Below are positions 30,162-39,089 of a stretch of DNA of 64,000 nt, in pieces. Source of the DNA: Clostridia bacterium. GTDB lineage: Bacteria; Bacillota; Clostridia; RUG12999. Made by a program: the position numbers and the translations under genes. The stretch covers positions 7,074 through 71,073 of the forward strand of contig JAZROP010000003.1 in NCBI GenBank assembly GCA_045648785.1, given 5' to 3'. How positions within the stretch are numbered: the stretch's first letter is position 1; every line of letters begins with the position of its first letter. The notes under the pieces were generated by a model. That model ran no database searches and was not told the origin of the DNA. It was given only the letters and a program-made list of their open reading frames with translations.

Positions 30162-30640
30162 TGGAAAAAAGAAAAAACAGGTTCAATGTTGTTGACCTAT
30201 TTGTAATTGTTGTTGCAATTTTATTGATTACAGCATTTGCTTATTATGCAAAGGTAAGTTTAGGGTCGGAAACAAGCGCTGCTACAATCAGATACACAGT
30301 AAGCATTGAAGGGTTTTCTGAGGAATTTAAGGACCTTATAAAGGTGGGGGATAATGTGCGCAATATTGACCGTGCCTGTGAAGTGGGCAAGGTAGTTGCG
30401 GTAACGCCTGCTGAACCAAATGTTCACTATAATGAAAACATCGAGGAAGGTACCTATGTTGTGGAAGAAGCTCCCGGTGAATACAGATGCAGCGTTACAG
30501 TGGAGAGTCCCTATACCAATACAGGGTCGGGATATTATATTGACCAGGTGGAAATCAGAACAGGCAAAAAAATATCGCTTAAAACTCCCGGATTTGCATT
30601 TACAGGAGTAATTATGGATATCGAAAGGAGCGACAGCTGA
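30161..30640 (+). CDS. Small membrane-anchored protein (DUF4330-like), paralog 1
   Basis: 159 aa. N-terminal anchor RFNVVDLFVIVVAILLITAFAYYA. Its start overlaps the GT4 stop. Weak but collinear similarity to the next ORF. Confidence 0.5.
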   Translation: MEKRKNRFNVVDLFVIVVAILLITAFAYYAKVSLGSETSAATIRYTVSIEGFSEEFKDLIKVGDNVRNIDRACEVGKVVAVTPAEPNVHYNENIEEGTYVVEEAPGEYRCSVTVESPYTNTGSGYYIDQVEIRTGKKISLKTPGFAFTGVIMDIERSDS

Positions 30641-31137
30641 TGATTATTGACGAAAAAGGCAGGTTGTTTTCAAAAATAAGCATAGTAGATATTGCCGTGC
30701 TTGTGTTTGTAATATGTGCGGCAGCTTTTATAGTCATGAAGTTTTTTGCTCCTGCTGGAAATCTTGCGGGCGCGGAGCAGGTAAACTGTGAATATATTGT
30801 TAAAGTGCAGAATGTTAGGCAGGCATCTGTGGATGCCATTGAGAAAAGTGTAGGCATGAATGTTACCGATTCAACAGGGGTGTTACTTGGAACTCTTAAA
30901 AAAATAGACAGCGTTAAACCATATCAGTCAATTGTTACAAAGCCGAATGGAAGCATGGTGCTGGCAGATATGCCAGAAAAATTTGAACTTCTTGCAAGTA
31001 TTGAAGTATCCGGAACCAAAACAACGGACAGTATAATGGTGTCAAACAAAAGAGAACTTTCGGTAGGCTCACACCTCTCAATTACAACACCGGAAATAAC
31101 AGTTGAGGTTGTTGTAACAAAAATTGGCGTGAAATAA
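30640..31137 (+). CDS. Small membrane-anchored protein (DUF4330-like), paralog 2
   Basis: 165 aa. N-terminal anchor KISIVDIAVLVFVICAAAFIV. Shares ordered motifs with paralog 1 (xxVD(L/I)xV, Y(T/I)V, (I/L)S(L/I)(K/T)TP). RBS AAAGGAG. Confidence 0.5.
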   Translation: MIIDEKGRLFSKISIVDIAVLVFVICAAAFIVMKFFAPAGNLAGAEQVNCEYIVKVQNVRQASVDAIEKSVGMNVTDSTGVLLGTLKKIDSVKPYQSIVTKPNGSMVLADMPEKFELLASIEVSGTKTTDSIMVSNKRELSVGSHLSITTPEITVEVVVTKIGVK

Positions 31138-31315
31138 GCCGCAATTTGTAGAAGAATAAATGTTTTAACAACTGCCGTTTGTGGATATAATTTATATATA
31201 ATGCACCAACAGATGACAATAATTTGGTGAAAAATTATATTGCAAATCAGACAGGCGTTGAGATATAATTAAATATTATAGTATTTATAACAAAAAGTCT
31301 GAAAGGATGAACAAA

Positions 31316-32599
31316 ATGAAAATCACAAAAGAACAGGTTGAAACCAATAAAGTTAAACTGGAAATCACAGTTCCCGCAGAGGAATTTGACAAGGCGATGC
31401 ACAAATCATACCAGAAAAATGTAAAGCATATAAATATACAGGGTTTTAGAAAGGGTAAAGCACCCAGAGGCCTTATTGAAAAAGTTTATGGCGAAGCTAT
31501 TTTCTATGATGATGCTGCAGATGTTATCATGCAGGATACATACCCGGCAGCGCTTGATCAGGAAAATGTTGAACCGGTTGACCGTCCGGAAGTTGAAATT
31601 AAAGAAATCGGCAGCGGCAAAGATTTTGTTTACACAGCAACTGTTACAACAAAACCCGTTCCCGAACTTGGTAAATATAAAGGCGTTAAAGTTAAAAAAG
31701 TTGAATATGCAGTAACAGACGAAGATGTTGATGCAGAAATTAATAACATGAAAGAAAGAGCAGCTCGCTTTGTTGATGTTACAGACGCTCCTGCAGCAGA
31801 CGGTGATGTAGCAGTTATTGACTTTGAAGGTTTTGTGGACGATGTTGCTTTTGAAGGCGGAAAAGGTGAAAACCACAACCTCACACTTGGCAGCGGTCAG
31901 TTTATCCCCGGCTTTGAAGAACAGATTGTAGGCAAAAACATTGGTGAAGAATTTGATGTAAATGTTACATTCCCTGAAGAATACCATGCAAAAGACCTTG
32001 CAGGTAAGCCGGCTGTATTTAAAGTAAAACTTAATGGTTTAAAGAAAAAAGAATACCCCGAACTTGATGACGAATTTGCAAAAGATGTAAGTGAATTTGA
32101 TACATTTGAGCAGCTCAAGGAAGAAACAAAAAAACACCTGCTTGAAACAGCTGAGCACCGTGCACAGCACGAGCAGGAGGATGCAGTTTTAGAAGCAGCT
32201 CTTAAAACAATGAAGGCTGAAATTCCTGAGGTTATGGTTGACAATCAGGTTGAGCAGTATCTTGAAGATGCTAAGTATAAAATTCAGGCTCAGATGCCCG
32301 GAATTACTTTTGAACAGTACCTCCAGTTTACAGGCGGCAGCGTTGAAGATTTTAAAGCAAGTGTTAGAGACCAGGCTAAGAAAGATGTTGAAATTAATCT
32401 TCTTATTGAAGCTATCGCAAAAGCTGAAGAAATCACAGTAACAGACGAAGAAGCTGAAGAAGAAATTAAAAAACTCGCTGAACAGTACAAAATGGAAGTA
32501 GAAAAAATCAAATCCATTTTAAGTATGGACCAGATTAAATCAAACCTCGTTCCCAGAAAGGTAATTGACCTTCTCATAGCGGAAGCTAAAATTTCCTAA
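31316..32599 (+). CDS. tig: Trigger factor
   Basis: N-terminal ribosome-binding motif GFRKGKAP, a PPIase middle domain and a C-terminal chaperone domain. ATG 31316 has RBS AAAGGA with 8 nt spacing. Confidence 0.9.
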   Translation: MKITKEQVETNKVKLEITVPAEEFDKAMHKSYQKNVKHINIQGFRKGKAPRGLIEKVYGEAIFYDDAADVIMQDTYPAALDQENVEPVDRPEVEIKEIGSGKDFVYTATVTTKPVPELGKYKGVKVKKVEYAVTDEDVDAEINNMKERAARFVDVTDAPAADGDVAVIDFEGFVDDVAFEGGKGENHNLTLGSGQFIPGFEEQIVGKNIGEEFDVNVTFPEEYHAKDLAGKPAVFKVKLNGLKKKEYPELDDEFAKDVSEFDTFEQLKEETKKHLLETAEHRAQHEQEDAVLEAALKTMKAEIPEVMVDNQVEQYLEDAKYKIQAQMPGITFEQYLQFTGGSVEDFKASVRDQAKKDVEINLLIEAIAKAEEITVTDEEAEEEIKKLAEQYKMEVEKIKSILSMDQIKSNLVPRKVIDLLIAEAKIS

Positions 32600-32703
32600 T
32601 CATATGAATTTATCAAGCGCGGGTCTTAAAATTCCGCCGGCCTGCGGTCGGAAGGTTTAACCTGCGCTTTGAATTTTTTTGCAGGCAGAAAGGTATGATA
32701 AAA

Positions 32704-33300
32704 ATGTACGAAAATAACTATGTTCCAATTCCTTATGTAGTTGAGCAGACAAGCAGAGGAGAACGTTCCTATGATATTTATTCCAGACTGCTGGTTGACA
32801 GAATAGTTTTTCTTAATGGTCAGGTAACTGATGAATCTGCATCTGCGATTATAGCACAGCTTTTGTTCCTTGAAAGCGAAGCTCCCGATAAAGATATTAA
32901 TTTCTATATCAACAGCCCCGGTGGCTCTGTTACAGCAGGTCTTGCAATTTATGACACAATGAATTACATTAAATGTGATGTATCTACAATTTGCGTAGGT
33001 CTTGCCGCAAGTATGGGTGCGTTCCTGCTGTCCTCGGGTGCAAAGGGCAAAAGAATTTCCCTGCCCAATAGTGAAATTCTTATTCATCAGCCTCTTGGTG
33101 GAACTCAGGGTCAGGCAACAGATATTGAAATTTACACTAAAAATATTCTTAAAATGAAAACAAAACTTAACAGCATACTTGCAGAAAATACAGGCAAGCC
33201 ACTGGAAACACTCATGAAGGATACCGACAGAGACAACTATATGTCCGCTGAGGAAGCTCTTGAGTACGGACTTATAGACAAAATTATTTCAAAAAGATAG
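32704..33300 (+). CDS. clpP: ATP-dependent Clp protease proteolytic subunit
   Basis: [18 protein letters not shown]...[12 protein letters not shown]...IHQPLGG catalytic triad context. The second ATG is chosen for RBS spacing. Confidence 0.9.
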   Translation: MYENNYVPIPYVVEQTSRGERSYDIYSRLLVDRIVFLNGQVTDESASAIIAQLLFLESEAPDKDINFYINSPGGSVTAGLAIYDTMNYIKCDVSTICVGLAASMGAFLLSSGAKGKRISLPNSEILIHQPLGGTQGQATDIEIYTKNILKMKTKLNSILAENTGKPLETLMKDTDRDNYMSAEEALEYGLIDKIISKR

Positions 33301-33314
33301 AAAGAGAGAACCCT

Positions 33315-34577
33315 ATGGCGCGTGATATTAAAAATCAGCGATACTGCTCCTTTTGCGGAAAAACCGAGAGTCAGCTCACATGCCCGCTTATTCAGGGGCC
33401 CGAATCCTATATTTGTGGAGATTGCGTGGTTGAATGTTTGAATTCCCTGCAGGAAACTTCTTTAGAGGAAACGGCATACTCGGTTAAAAAGATGCCCAAA
33501 CCAAAAGAAATCAAAGAAATTCTTGATCAGTATGTTATAGGTCAGGATGAGGCAAAAAAAGTTTTAAGCGTTGCCGTTTATAATCATTATAAGCGTCTTG
33601 GCAGCAAGGACTTTAACGCAGATGGAGTAGAGCTTCAGAAAACAAATATACTTCTTCTCGGACCTACAGGCTCAGGTAAAACCCTGCTTGCGCAAACACT
33701 TGCAAAAATTCTTGATGTACCATTTTCAATAGCCGATGCAACCACACTTACCGAAGCCGGTTATGTAGGCGAGGATGTAGAAAATATTCTGCTCAGACTT
33801 ATTCAGGCGGCCGATTATGATGTGGAGCTTGCAGAACGCGGAATTATATATATTGACGAGATAGACAAAATTTCACGCCGCAATGAAAATCCGTCCATCA
33901 CCCGTGATGTAAGCGGTGAGGGCGTTCAGCAGGCACTTTTAAAGATTATTGAGGGAACTACGGCGTCTGTGCCTCCTCAGGGTGGCAGAAAACACCCGCA
34001 TCAGGAGTTTATCCAGATTGACACCTCAAATATTTTGTTTATTTGCGGCGGTGCTTTTGATGGTCTGGAGAAAATTATTCAGACCCGAATAGGCAAAAAG
34101 ACGCTTGGTTTTGAATCACAGCTTATGATGAAAAATGACCTTGAAACAGGTAAAATCTTCTCGAAGGTAATTCCGCAGGACCTCTTAAAATTTGGTCTTA
34201 TTCCGGAATTTATCGGAAGATTACCCCTGATAGCGTCACTTGAACTTCTTGACGAGCAAGCACTCTTTACAATACTGAAAGAGCCTAAAAATGCACTTGT
34301 TAAGCAGTACGCAAAAATGTTCTCATACGATGGTGTAGAACTTGAGTTTGAGGATGATGCACTTCGCGCAGTTGCAAAAGAGGCGATGGAAAAAAATACT
34401 GGAGCGCGTGGACTAAGGGCTATTTTAGAGGAGATTATGACGGATATTATGTACGAGGTTCCGTCGGATGAAAGCATTGAAAAATGTATCATAACCGCCC
34501 AAACGGTGAAAGAAAGGAAATCTCCTGTCGTAATAAGAAATGAGAAAAAACTCTTTGAAGAAAAAGATGTAGGCTAA
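33315..34577 (+). CDS. clpX: ATP-dependent Clp protease ATP-binding subunit ClpX
   Basis: Zinc-binding C4 N-terminus CSFCGK...CGDC, Walker A GPTGSGKT, and the GYVG pore loop. Confidence 0.9.
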   Translation: MARDIKNQRYCSFCGKTESQLTCPLIQGPESYICGDCVVECLNSLQETSLEETAYSVKKMPKPKEIKEILDQYVIGQDEAKKVLSVAVYNHYKRLGSKDFNADGVELQKTNILLLGPTGSGKTLLAQTLAKILDVPFSIADATTLTEAGYVGEDVENILLRLIQAADYDVELAERGIIYIDEIDKISRRNENPSITRDVSGEGVQQALLKIIEGTTASVPPQGGRKHPHQEFIQIDTSNILFICGGAFDGLEKIIQTRIGKKTLGFESQLMMKNDLETGKIFSKVIPQDLLKFGLIPEFIGRLPLIASLELLDEQALFTILKEPKNALVKQYAKMFSYDGVELEFEDDALRAVAKEAMEKNTGARGLRAILEEIMTDIMYEVPSDESIEKCIITAQTVKERKSPVVIRNEKKLFEEKDVG

Positions 34578-34579
34578 TG

Positions 34580-34609
34580 AAAACCTCCGCCGACTGGCGG
34601 AGGTTTTTA
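34580..34609 (+). terminator. Rho-independent terminator after clpX
   Basis: CCTCCGCC-GACT-GGCGGAGG followed by TTTTT. Confidence 0.75.
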
Positions 34610-34719
34610 AGATTTTCATGAAAGATATATCCTTTTTTCATAAATTTTTTACAATCTGCTGTTAAACTATACTTAGATATAGTACTTTTTGGTGCATGTT
34701 TTGTAAAGGAGGAAAACTT

Positions 34720-35271
34720 ATGAAAAAAGCAAAAATCATTTTGGCAATTCTGACACTGGTACTCTTAATTATGGGAATATCTGTATTTGCAGCAAATACA
34801 TCAGCGGAAACCGATAGAAAACCGCCATTTGGATTCAATCTTTCTAAAGAGCAGGAAAAGATACTGACTGAAAAAATTATAGAAGATCTTAACGAAATGG
34901 TGGAGTCGGGGGACCTTACACAGGAACAGTATGACATTATTTCAGACAGGATTGAAAAAAGTTTTCCTATTGACATGGGAAGAGCTATGCATAAACCTAG
35001 AATAACTGAAGATCAAAAAGAAAAATTGGTTGAAAAGTTTAAAGCAGAGCAGGAAAAAAAGCTTGCGGCTGGGGAAATAACCCAGGAAGAATACGACAAG
35101 CTTATTGAAAATGCTGATGAAAATATGTTTAAATTTGCAAGAAGACCGGGTATGCCCCAGATGGAAAAAGGGGAATCGGAAGAGGAAGAAAAACCCGTTA
35201 AGAGAATGCGGAAAAACTGGATGCACAAAAGGACTAACCTTGGTGGAAGACAAAAAACAGTGGAAGAATAA
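34720..35271 (+). CDS. Secreted hypothetical protein with charged alpha-helical (I/L)TQE(Q/E)YD repeats and a basic C-terminal tail
   Basis: Signal peptide MKKAKIILAILTLVLLIMGISVFA. Repeats LTQEQYDIISDRIE and ITQEEYDKLIENAD. RBS AAGGAGG. Flanked by terminators. Confidence 0.5.
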   Translation: MKKAKIILAILTLVLLIMGISVFAANTSAETDRKPPFGFNLSKEQEKILTEKIIEDLNEMVESGDLTQEQYDIISDRIEKSFPIDMGRAMHKPRITEDQKEKLVEKFKAEQEKKLAAGEITQEEYDKLIENADENMFKFARRPGMPQMEKGESEEEEKPVKRMRKNWMHKRTNLGGRQKTVEE

Positions 35272-35273
35272 AT

Positions 35274-35318
35274 AAAAAAGTCACCCTGCGAAATCTATCG
35301 CAGGGTGTAAATTTTTAC
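35274..35318. terminator. Bidirectional terminator between convergent genes
   Basis: CACCCTGCG-AAATCTAT-CGCAGGGTG with a flanking A-run and T-run. Confidence 0.7.
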
Positions 35319-36847
35319 CCTTTTGGGATGAGAAGCTGGCGACCGGGCACTAAGGTTTTGCAGTCTTCGCCATTAAGCTCTTCTATATACTCTGTTTTGG
35401 TGTGATAGCGTTTTGCAATATCCCATAGGGTATCACCTTTTTGAACAAAACAAAGAACAATTGAGGGGGATTTTGAATCTGCAATGCCGGTGGATTCTAT
35501 GCTTTCCACTATAGAAATTTTCCCGACCTTAGAAAGCTGCATATGGCAGGACATAACCACACGAGTGTCAATTGAACCCGAAATACCAAGGTCAAAATTA
35601 ACAAGATTGGTTTCAAGCTCAACAGAGGGATTCATGTTTTCAGTATACATTTGATCTGCAGTTTCAATTTTAAATGGAATTTCCTCAGTATGGACAGAAA
35701 CCGGGCATGTTTTGTCGTTAGTAATACAGGTGCAGACCACATCAAGATAACCGTTTATTTCTACCTTACCGTCGTGGGTAGTTATCTCCATAATGGTTGG
35801 TTTTGCAGTCATATTATGTACTGATTGAACAGTTGCGCCAACATCGGGACGGACAGAACAGTTTAATGTGTGGTCGAAATCAGTTGTAAATAGCGGGGTT
35901 TTTGTGTCCAGAGTGGTGTATGCTATGTTAAGATTGTCAGTCAGACTATAAACATCCGAGACAACATTTTCGGATATAGGCAGATCTGCGTTAATTTTTA
36001 CACCAATTCGCACATTTGCGTTTATAATGCGAATATCCCCGTCCGAATCAGTAGCCAGCGAGAAATCGCTTTCTTCAACTTCGGTTGTCACACGGCAAAG
36101 ATGTTCTTCCGAGATACCTTCTGCGTCCAGAATTTCAGTGAAGGGCATGGAGTGGGTGCAAGAATGGACGAGAGAGGAGGCTTCAGGGGAGTACATAGTA
36201 CAAACTTTAATTTCGCCTTTTATTATAACCTTGCCTGCAATTACTTTTATATCTTTATTGCACAGGGAGGCATCCGATTTTAAAAGTGTACCTATATTGG
36301 GATTGCCGGCAGGCAGGGTGAGAGCGTCGGAAACACTTATAATGTCACGCTTACTTACCTGACGGGTATATCCACCGAAGGGGCAAAATTTTTTCTGTAA
36401 ATTGTCGCCGGAGATTTCAAGAGGAAGCATAACAGATGCAGCATCTTCAACAGAAACTTCCAATCCTACTACACATTTAATTTTTATTTTGCGACTATTT
36501 ACAAGCTCGTGTTCAAGATGCTCAACATCGGCCGTTACCCGACAATGCATACCATCAGCAAAACGGGCATTTTCCTCCATGTGGGAAAAATCTGCACCGG
36601 TATAAATACTGCATATTCCTTCGGCGTTTTCAGGCTGATAAAGTACCTTGTAAGTAACGTGACCGCCAATCATCATTTTGCCACCCATAATCTCGGCTCG
36701 TGATATTTTGGCATGCGCATCAATATGCACGATTTTTAAAAGGTCGGGTTTTGAATCGTTAACGATTGCGTCCGAGTCAACAATAACAGAAGTGTCGAAA
36801 TCAGCAACAGGCATATTGACTGACACCTGTTTTTTCTGTATATCCAT
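35315..36847 (-). CDS. SPOCS/DUF3794-repeat protein with C-terminal LysM domain (SafA-like spore coat/cortex-associated protein)
   Basis: The C-terminal KGDTLWDIAKRYHTKTEYIEELNG...LIPKG is LysM. The body consists of DUF3794-like beta repeats. ATG at 36847 is preceded by GGAGGT. The ORF-track start at 36895 has no RBS. Confidence 0.65.
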   Translation of the reverse strand: MDIQKKQVSVNMPVADFDTSVIVDSDAIVNDSKPDLLKIVHIDAHAKISRAEIMGGKMMIGGHVTYKVLYQPENAEGICSIYTGADFSHMEENARFADGMHCRVTADVEHLEHELVNSRKIKIKCVVGLEVSVEDAASVMLPLEISGDNLQKKFCPFGGYTRQVSKRDIISVSDALTLPAGNPNIGTLLKSDASLCNKDIKVIAGKVIIKGEIKVCTMYSPEASSLVHSCTHSMPFTEILDAEGISEEHLCRVTTEVEESDFSLATDSDGDIRIINANVRIGVKINADLPISENVVSDVYSLTDNLNIAYTTLDTKTPLFTTDFDHTLNCSVRPDVGATVQSVHNMTAKPTIMEITTHDGKVEINGYLDVVCTCITNDKTCPVSVHTEEIPFKIETADQMYTENMNPSVELETNLVNFDLGISGSIDTRVVMSCHMQLSKVGKISIVESIESTGIADSKSPSIVLCFVQKGDTLWDIAKRYHTKTEYIEELNGEDCKTLVPGRQLLIPKG

Positions 36848-36936
36848 ATTATTACCTCCATGTCCGATTTTTTCTTTCAAAACAAGAATATGCAAAAAGA
36901 GTGCGGGGTATGACTATATTTTGGTAACTTGTCATA

Positions 36937-36965
36937 TTGACAATAAATTTAAATTGAGGTATAAT
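36937..36965 (+). promoter_or_regulatory. Consensus sigma-A promoter TTGACA-17-TATAAT for greA-lysS
   Basis: TTGACA at 36937-36942 and TATAAT at 36960-36965. The -35 lies in the palindrome TTGTCA-TAT-TGACAA. Confidence 0.5.
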
Positions 36966-37003
36966 ATATTCTATATATGATTAAAAATCCGGAGGTAATA
37001 TAA

Positions 37004-37492
37004 ATGGCTACAAAACAGAAGTTTTTAATGACTCAGGAGGAATACAATCAGTTAAGCGAACAGCTTGCCTACCTGAAAAATGAAAAAACAAGAGAGATTG
37101 CTGAAAAAATAAATCAGGCAAGAGGTTACGGCGACCTTTCGGAAAACTCGGAATATGATGCTGCAAAACAAGAACAGGCAGAAAATGCGGCACTCATTGC
37201 GGAATATGAAGCTAAGCTTAAAAGTGCTGAAATTGTTGAGCATGACCTTACAGACCTGTCTGTTATTAACATTGGTATGATTGTTTCTTTAAAAGGTGAG
37301 GATGGCAAGGTTAAAAAATATGAGCTCACCGGTGCGACTGCAAATATGTTTGATGCGAAAAAACCGAAAATATCAAAAGATTCTCCCATAGGAAAAGCTA
37401 TAATCGGTAAGAAAAAGGGCGACGATGTTGAAGTTGAAGCCCCTGCTGGTGTAATGAAATTTACTATTGAAGATATATCCAAAAAGAAATAA
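37004..37492 (+). CDS. greA: Transcription elongation factor GreA
   Basis: [47 protein letters not shown] is a canonical GreA N-terminus. Confidence 0.9.
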   Translation: MATKQKFLMTQEEYNQLSEQLAYLKNEKTREIAEKINQARGYGDLSENSEYDAAKQEQAENAALIAEYEAKLKSAEIVEHDLTDLSVINIGMIVSLKGEDGKVKKYELTGATANMFDAKKPKISKDSPIGKAIIGKKKGDDVEVEAPAGVMKFTIEDISKKK

Positions 37493-37502
37493 GGAGACAA
37501 CT

Positions 37503-38993
37503 ATGAGCGAACAGAATAACACTCCTGAAGTTCAGCTCAGTGAACTTCTGCAGATAAGAAGAGATAAGCTGACAGAACTTTGTGATATGGGAAAAAATCC
37601 ATTTGAGATTACAAAATTTGATGCAACTCACAAAGCTCAGGAAATAAAAGACAATTACACAGAACTTGAAGGCAAGAAAGTTTCGGTTGCAGGCCGTCTT
37701 ATGTCTAAAAGAGGCATGGGAAAGGTTGGCTTCTGCCACATGAAGGACTTGTCCGGCCAGATTCAGCTTTTTGTTAAAAAAGATGTCCTCGGTGATGATG
37801 AATATGCCATTTTCAGAAAATATGACATTGGTGATATTGTAGGTGCAGAGGGTGAAGTTTTTACAACTCAGACAGGAGAAATTTCCGTAAGAGTTGAAAA
37901 AATCACACTTCTTTCCAAATCACTTCTGCCCCTGCCTGAAAAATTCCATGGTATGACAAATACAGACCTCAGATACCGTCAGAGATATGTTGACCTTATT
38001 ATGAATGATGATGTTATGAACACATTTGTTGTGAGAAGTAAAATCATCCGTGCGATAAGAGAATATCTTGACGGCAGAGGATTTCTGGAAGTTGAAACAC
38101 CAATGCTCAACACCATTCCCGGCGGTGCGGCTGCTCGCCCGTTTATCACTCATCATAATGCTCTTGATATGGATATGTATATGCGCATAGCGACCGAGCT
38201 GCACCTCAAACGCCTTATTGTAGGCGGTATGGAAAGAGTTTATGAAATCGGAAGATGTTTCAGAAATGAAGGTATGGACATTAAACACAATCCCGAGTAT
38301 ACATCCATTGAAATTTATGAAGCTTTCACCGATTACGAAGGCATGATGGATTTGACCGAAAACATAATAAGATATGCGGCAGAGCAGGCTTGCGGAACAA
38401 CCAAGGTTACTTATCAGGGCGTAGAAATTGACCTTTCACACTTTGACAGAATTACAATGATTGACGCCGTTAAAAAATATTCTGGCGTTGACTTTAACGA
38501 AATTAAAACCGATGAAGAAGCTCAGGCGGCGGCAAAGGCTAAAGGTCTTGAGGTTGATCCGGTTAAAAATACAAGAGGCGATATTATTGCTCTCTTCTTT
38601 GACGAATATGTTGAGGACAACCTTGTTCAGCCCACATTTATTACTGAATATCCGGTTGAAATTTCTCCCCTTGCAAAGAGAAAACCCACTCAGCCTGAAC
38701 TTACAGAGAGATTTGAAGTGTTCATCACAGGAAGAGAGTTCGGCAACGCATTCTCCGAGCTTAATGACCCCATTGACCAGAGGGAAAGATTTAAAGCCCA
38801 GGTTGCTCTCCGTGAAGCAGGTGATGATGAAGCCAGCATGATGGATGAAGATTTCCTTACAGCGCTTGAATATGGTATGCCTCCCACGGGCGGAGTAGGT
38901 ATCGGTATTGACAGACTTGTAATGCTCCTTACCGATAGTTATTCCATCAGGGATGTTCTGCTCTTCCCTACAATGAAACCACTTGATAAATAA
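37503..38993 (+). CDS. lysS: Lysine--tRNA ligase (class II)
   Basis: Anticodon-binding OB N-terminus and class II motifs ([17 protein letters not shown]). RBS AAGGAGA. Confidence 0.9.
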   Translation: MSEQNNTPEVQLSELLQIRRDKLTELCDMGKNPFEITKFDATHKAQEIKDNYTELEGKKVSVAGRLMSKRGMGKVGFCHMKDLSGQIQLFVKKDVLGDDEYAIFRKYDIGDIVGAEGEVFTTQTGEISVRVEKITLLSKSLLPLPEKFHGMTNTDLRYRQRYVDLIMNDDVMNTFVVRSKIIRAIREYLDGRGFLEVETPMLNTIPGGAAARPFITHHNALDMDMYMRIATELHLKRLIVGGMERVYEIGRCFRNEGMDIKHNPEYTSIEIYEAFTDYEGMMDLTENIIRYAAEQACGTTKVTYQGVEIDLSHFDRITMIDAVKKYSGVDFNEIKTDEEAQAAAKAKGLEVDPVKNTRGDIIALFFDEYVEDNLVQPTFITEYPVEISPLAKRKPTQPELTERFEVFITGREFGNAFSELNDPIDQRERFKAQVALREAGDDEASMMDEDFLTALEYGMPPTGGVGIGIDRLVMLLTDSYSIRDVLLFPTMKPLDK

Positions 38994-39039
38994 GAACTTG
39001 TAATAATACGGGTTTAAAAACAAAAAAGTAAAAATTATA

Positions 39040-39086
39040 AAAACTAACCCCCGAACGGAAATTGTCGTTCGGGGGTTAGTTTTTAT
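39040..39086. terminator. Bidirectional terminator between lysS and the convergent Na/Pi cotransporter gene
   Basis: CTAACCCCCGAACG-loop-CGTTCGGGGGTTAG followed by TTTTT. Confidence 0.75.
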
Positions 39087-39089
39087 AAT

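Noticed and set aside
31406-31987. 193-aa ORF antisense to tig. Similar long antisense ORFs occur at 39237-39959 (inside the Na/Pi cotransporter gene), 24230-24715 (inside der) and 46972-47523 (inside trkH).
   Set aside because: They lie entirely within well-supported genes on the opposite strand, have low-complexity Cys/Phe/Asn-rich translations typical of AT-rich antisense frames, and lack an RBS.
36678-36980. 100-aa ORF spanning the start of the SPOCS-LysM gene and the divergent promoter region
   Set aside because: It overlaps the 5' end of the reverse-strand gene and the greA promoter. There is no RBS and it is probably chance.
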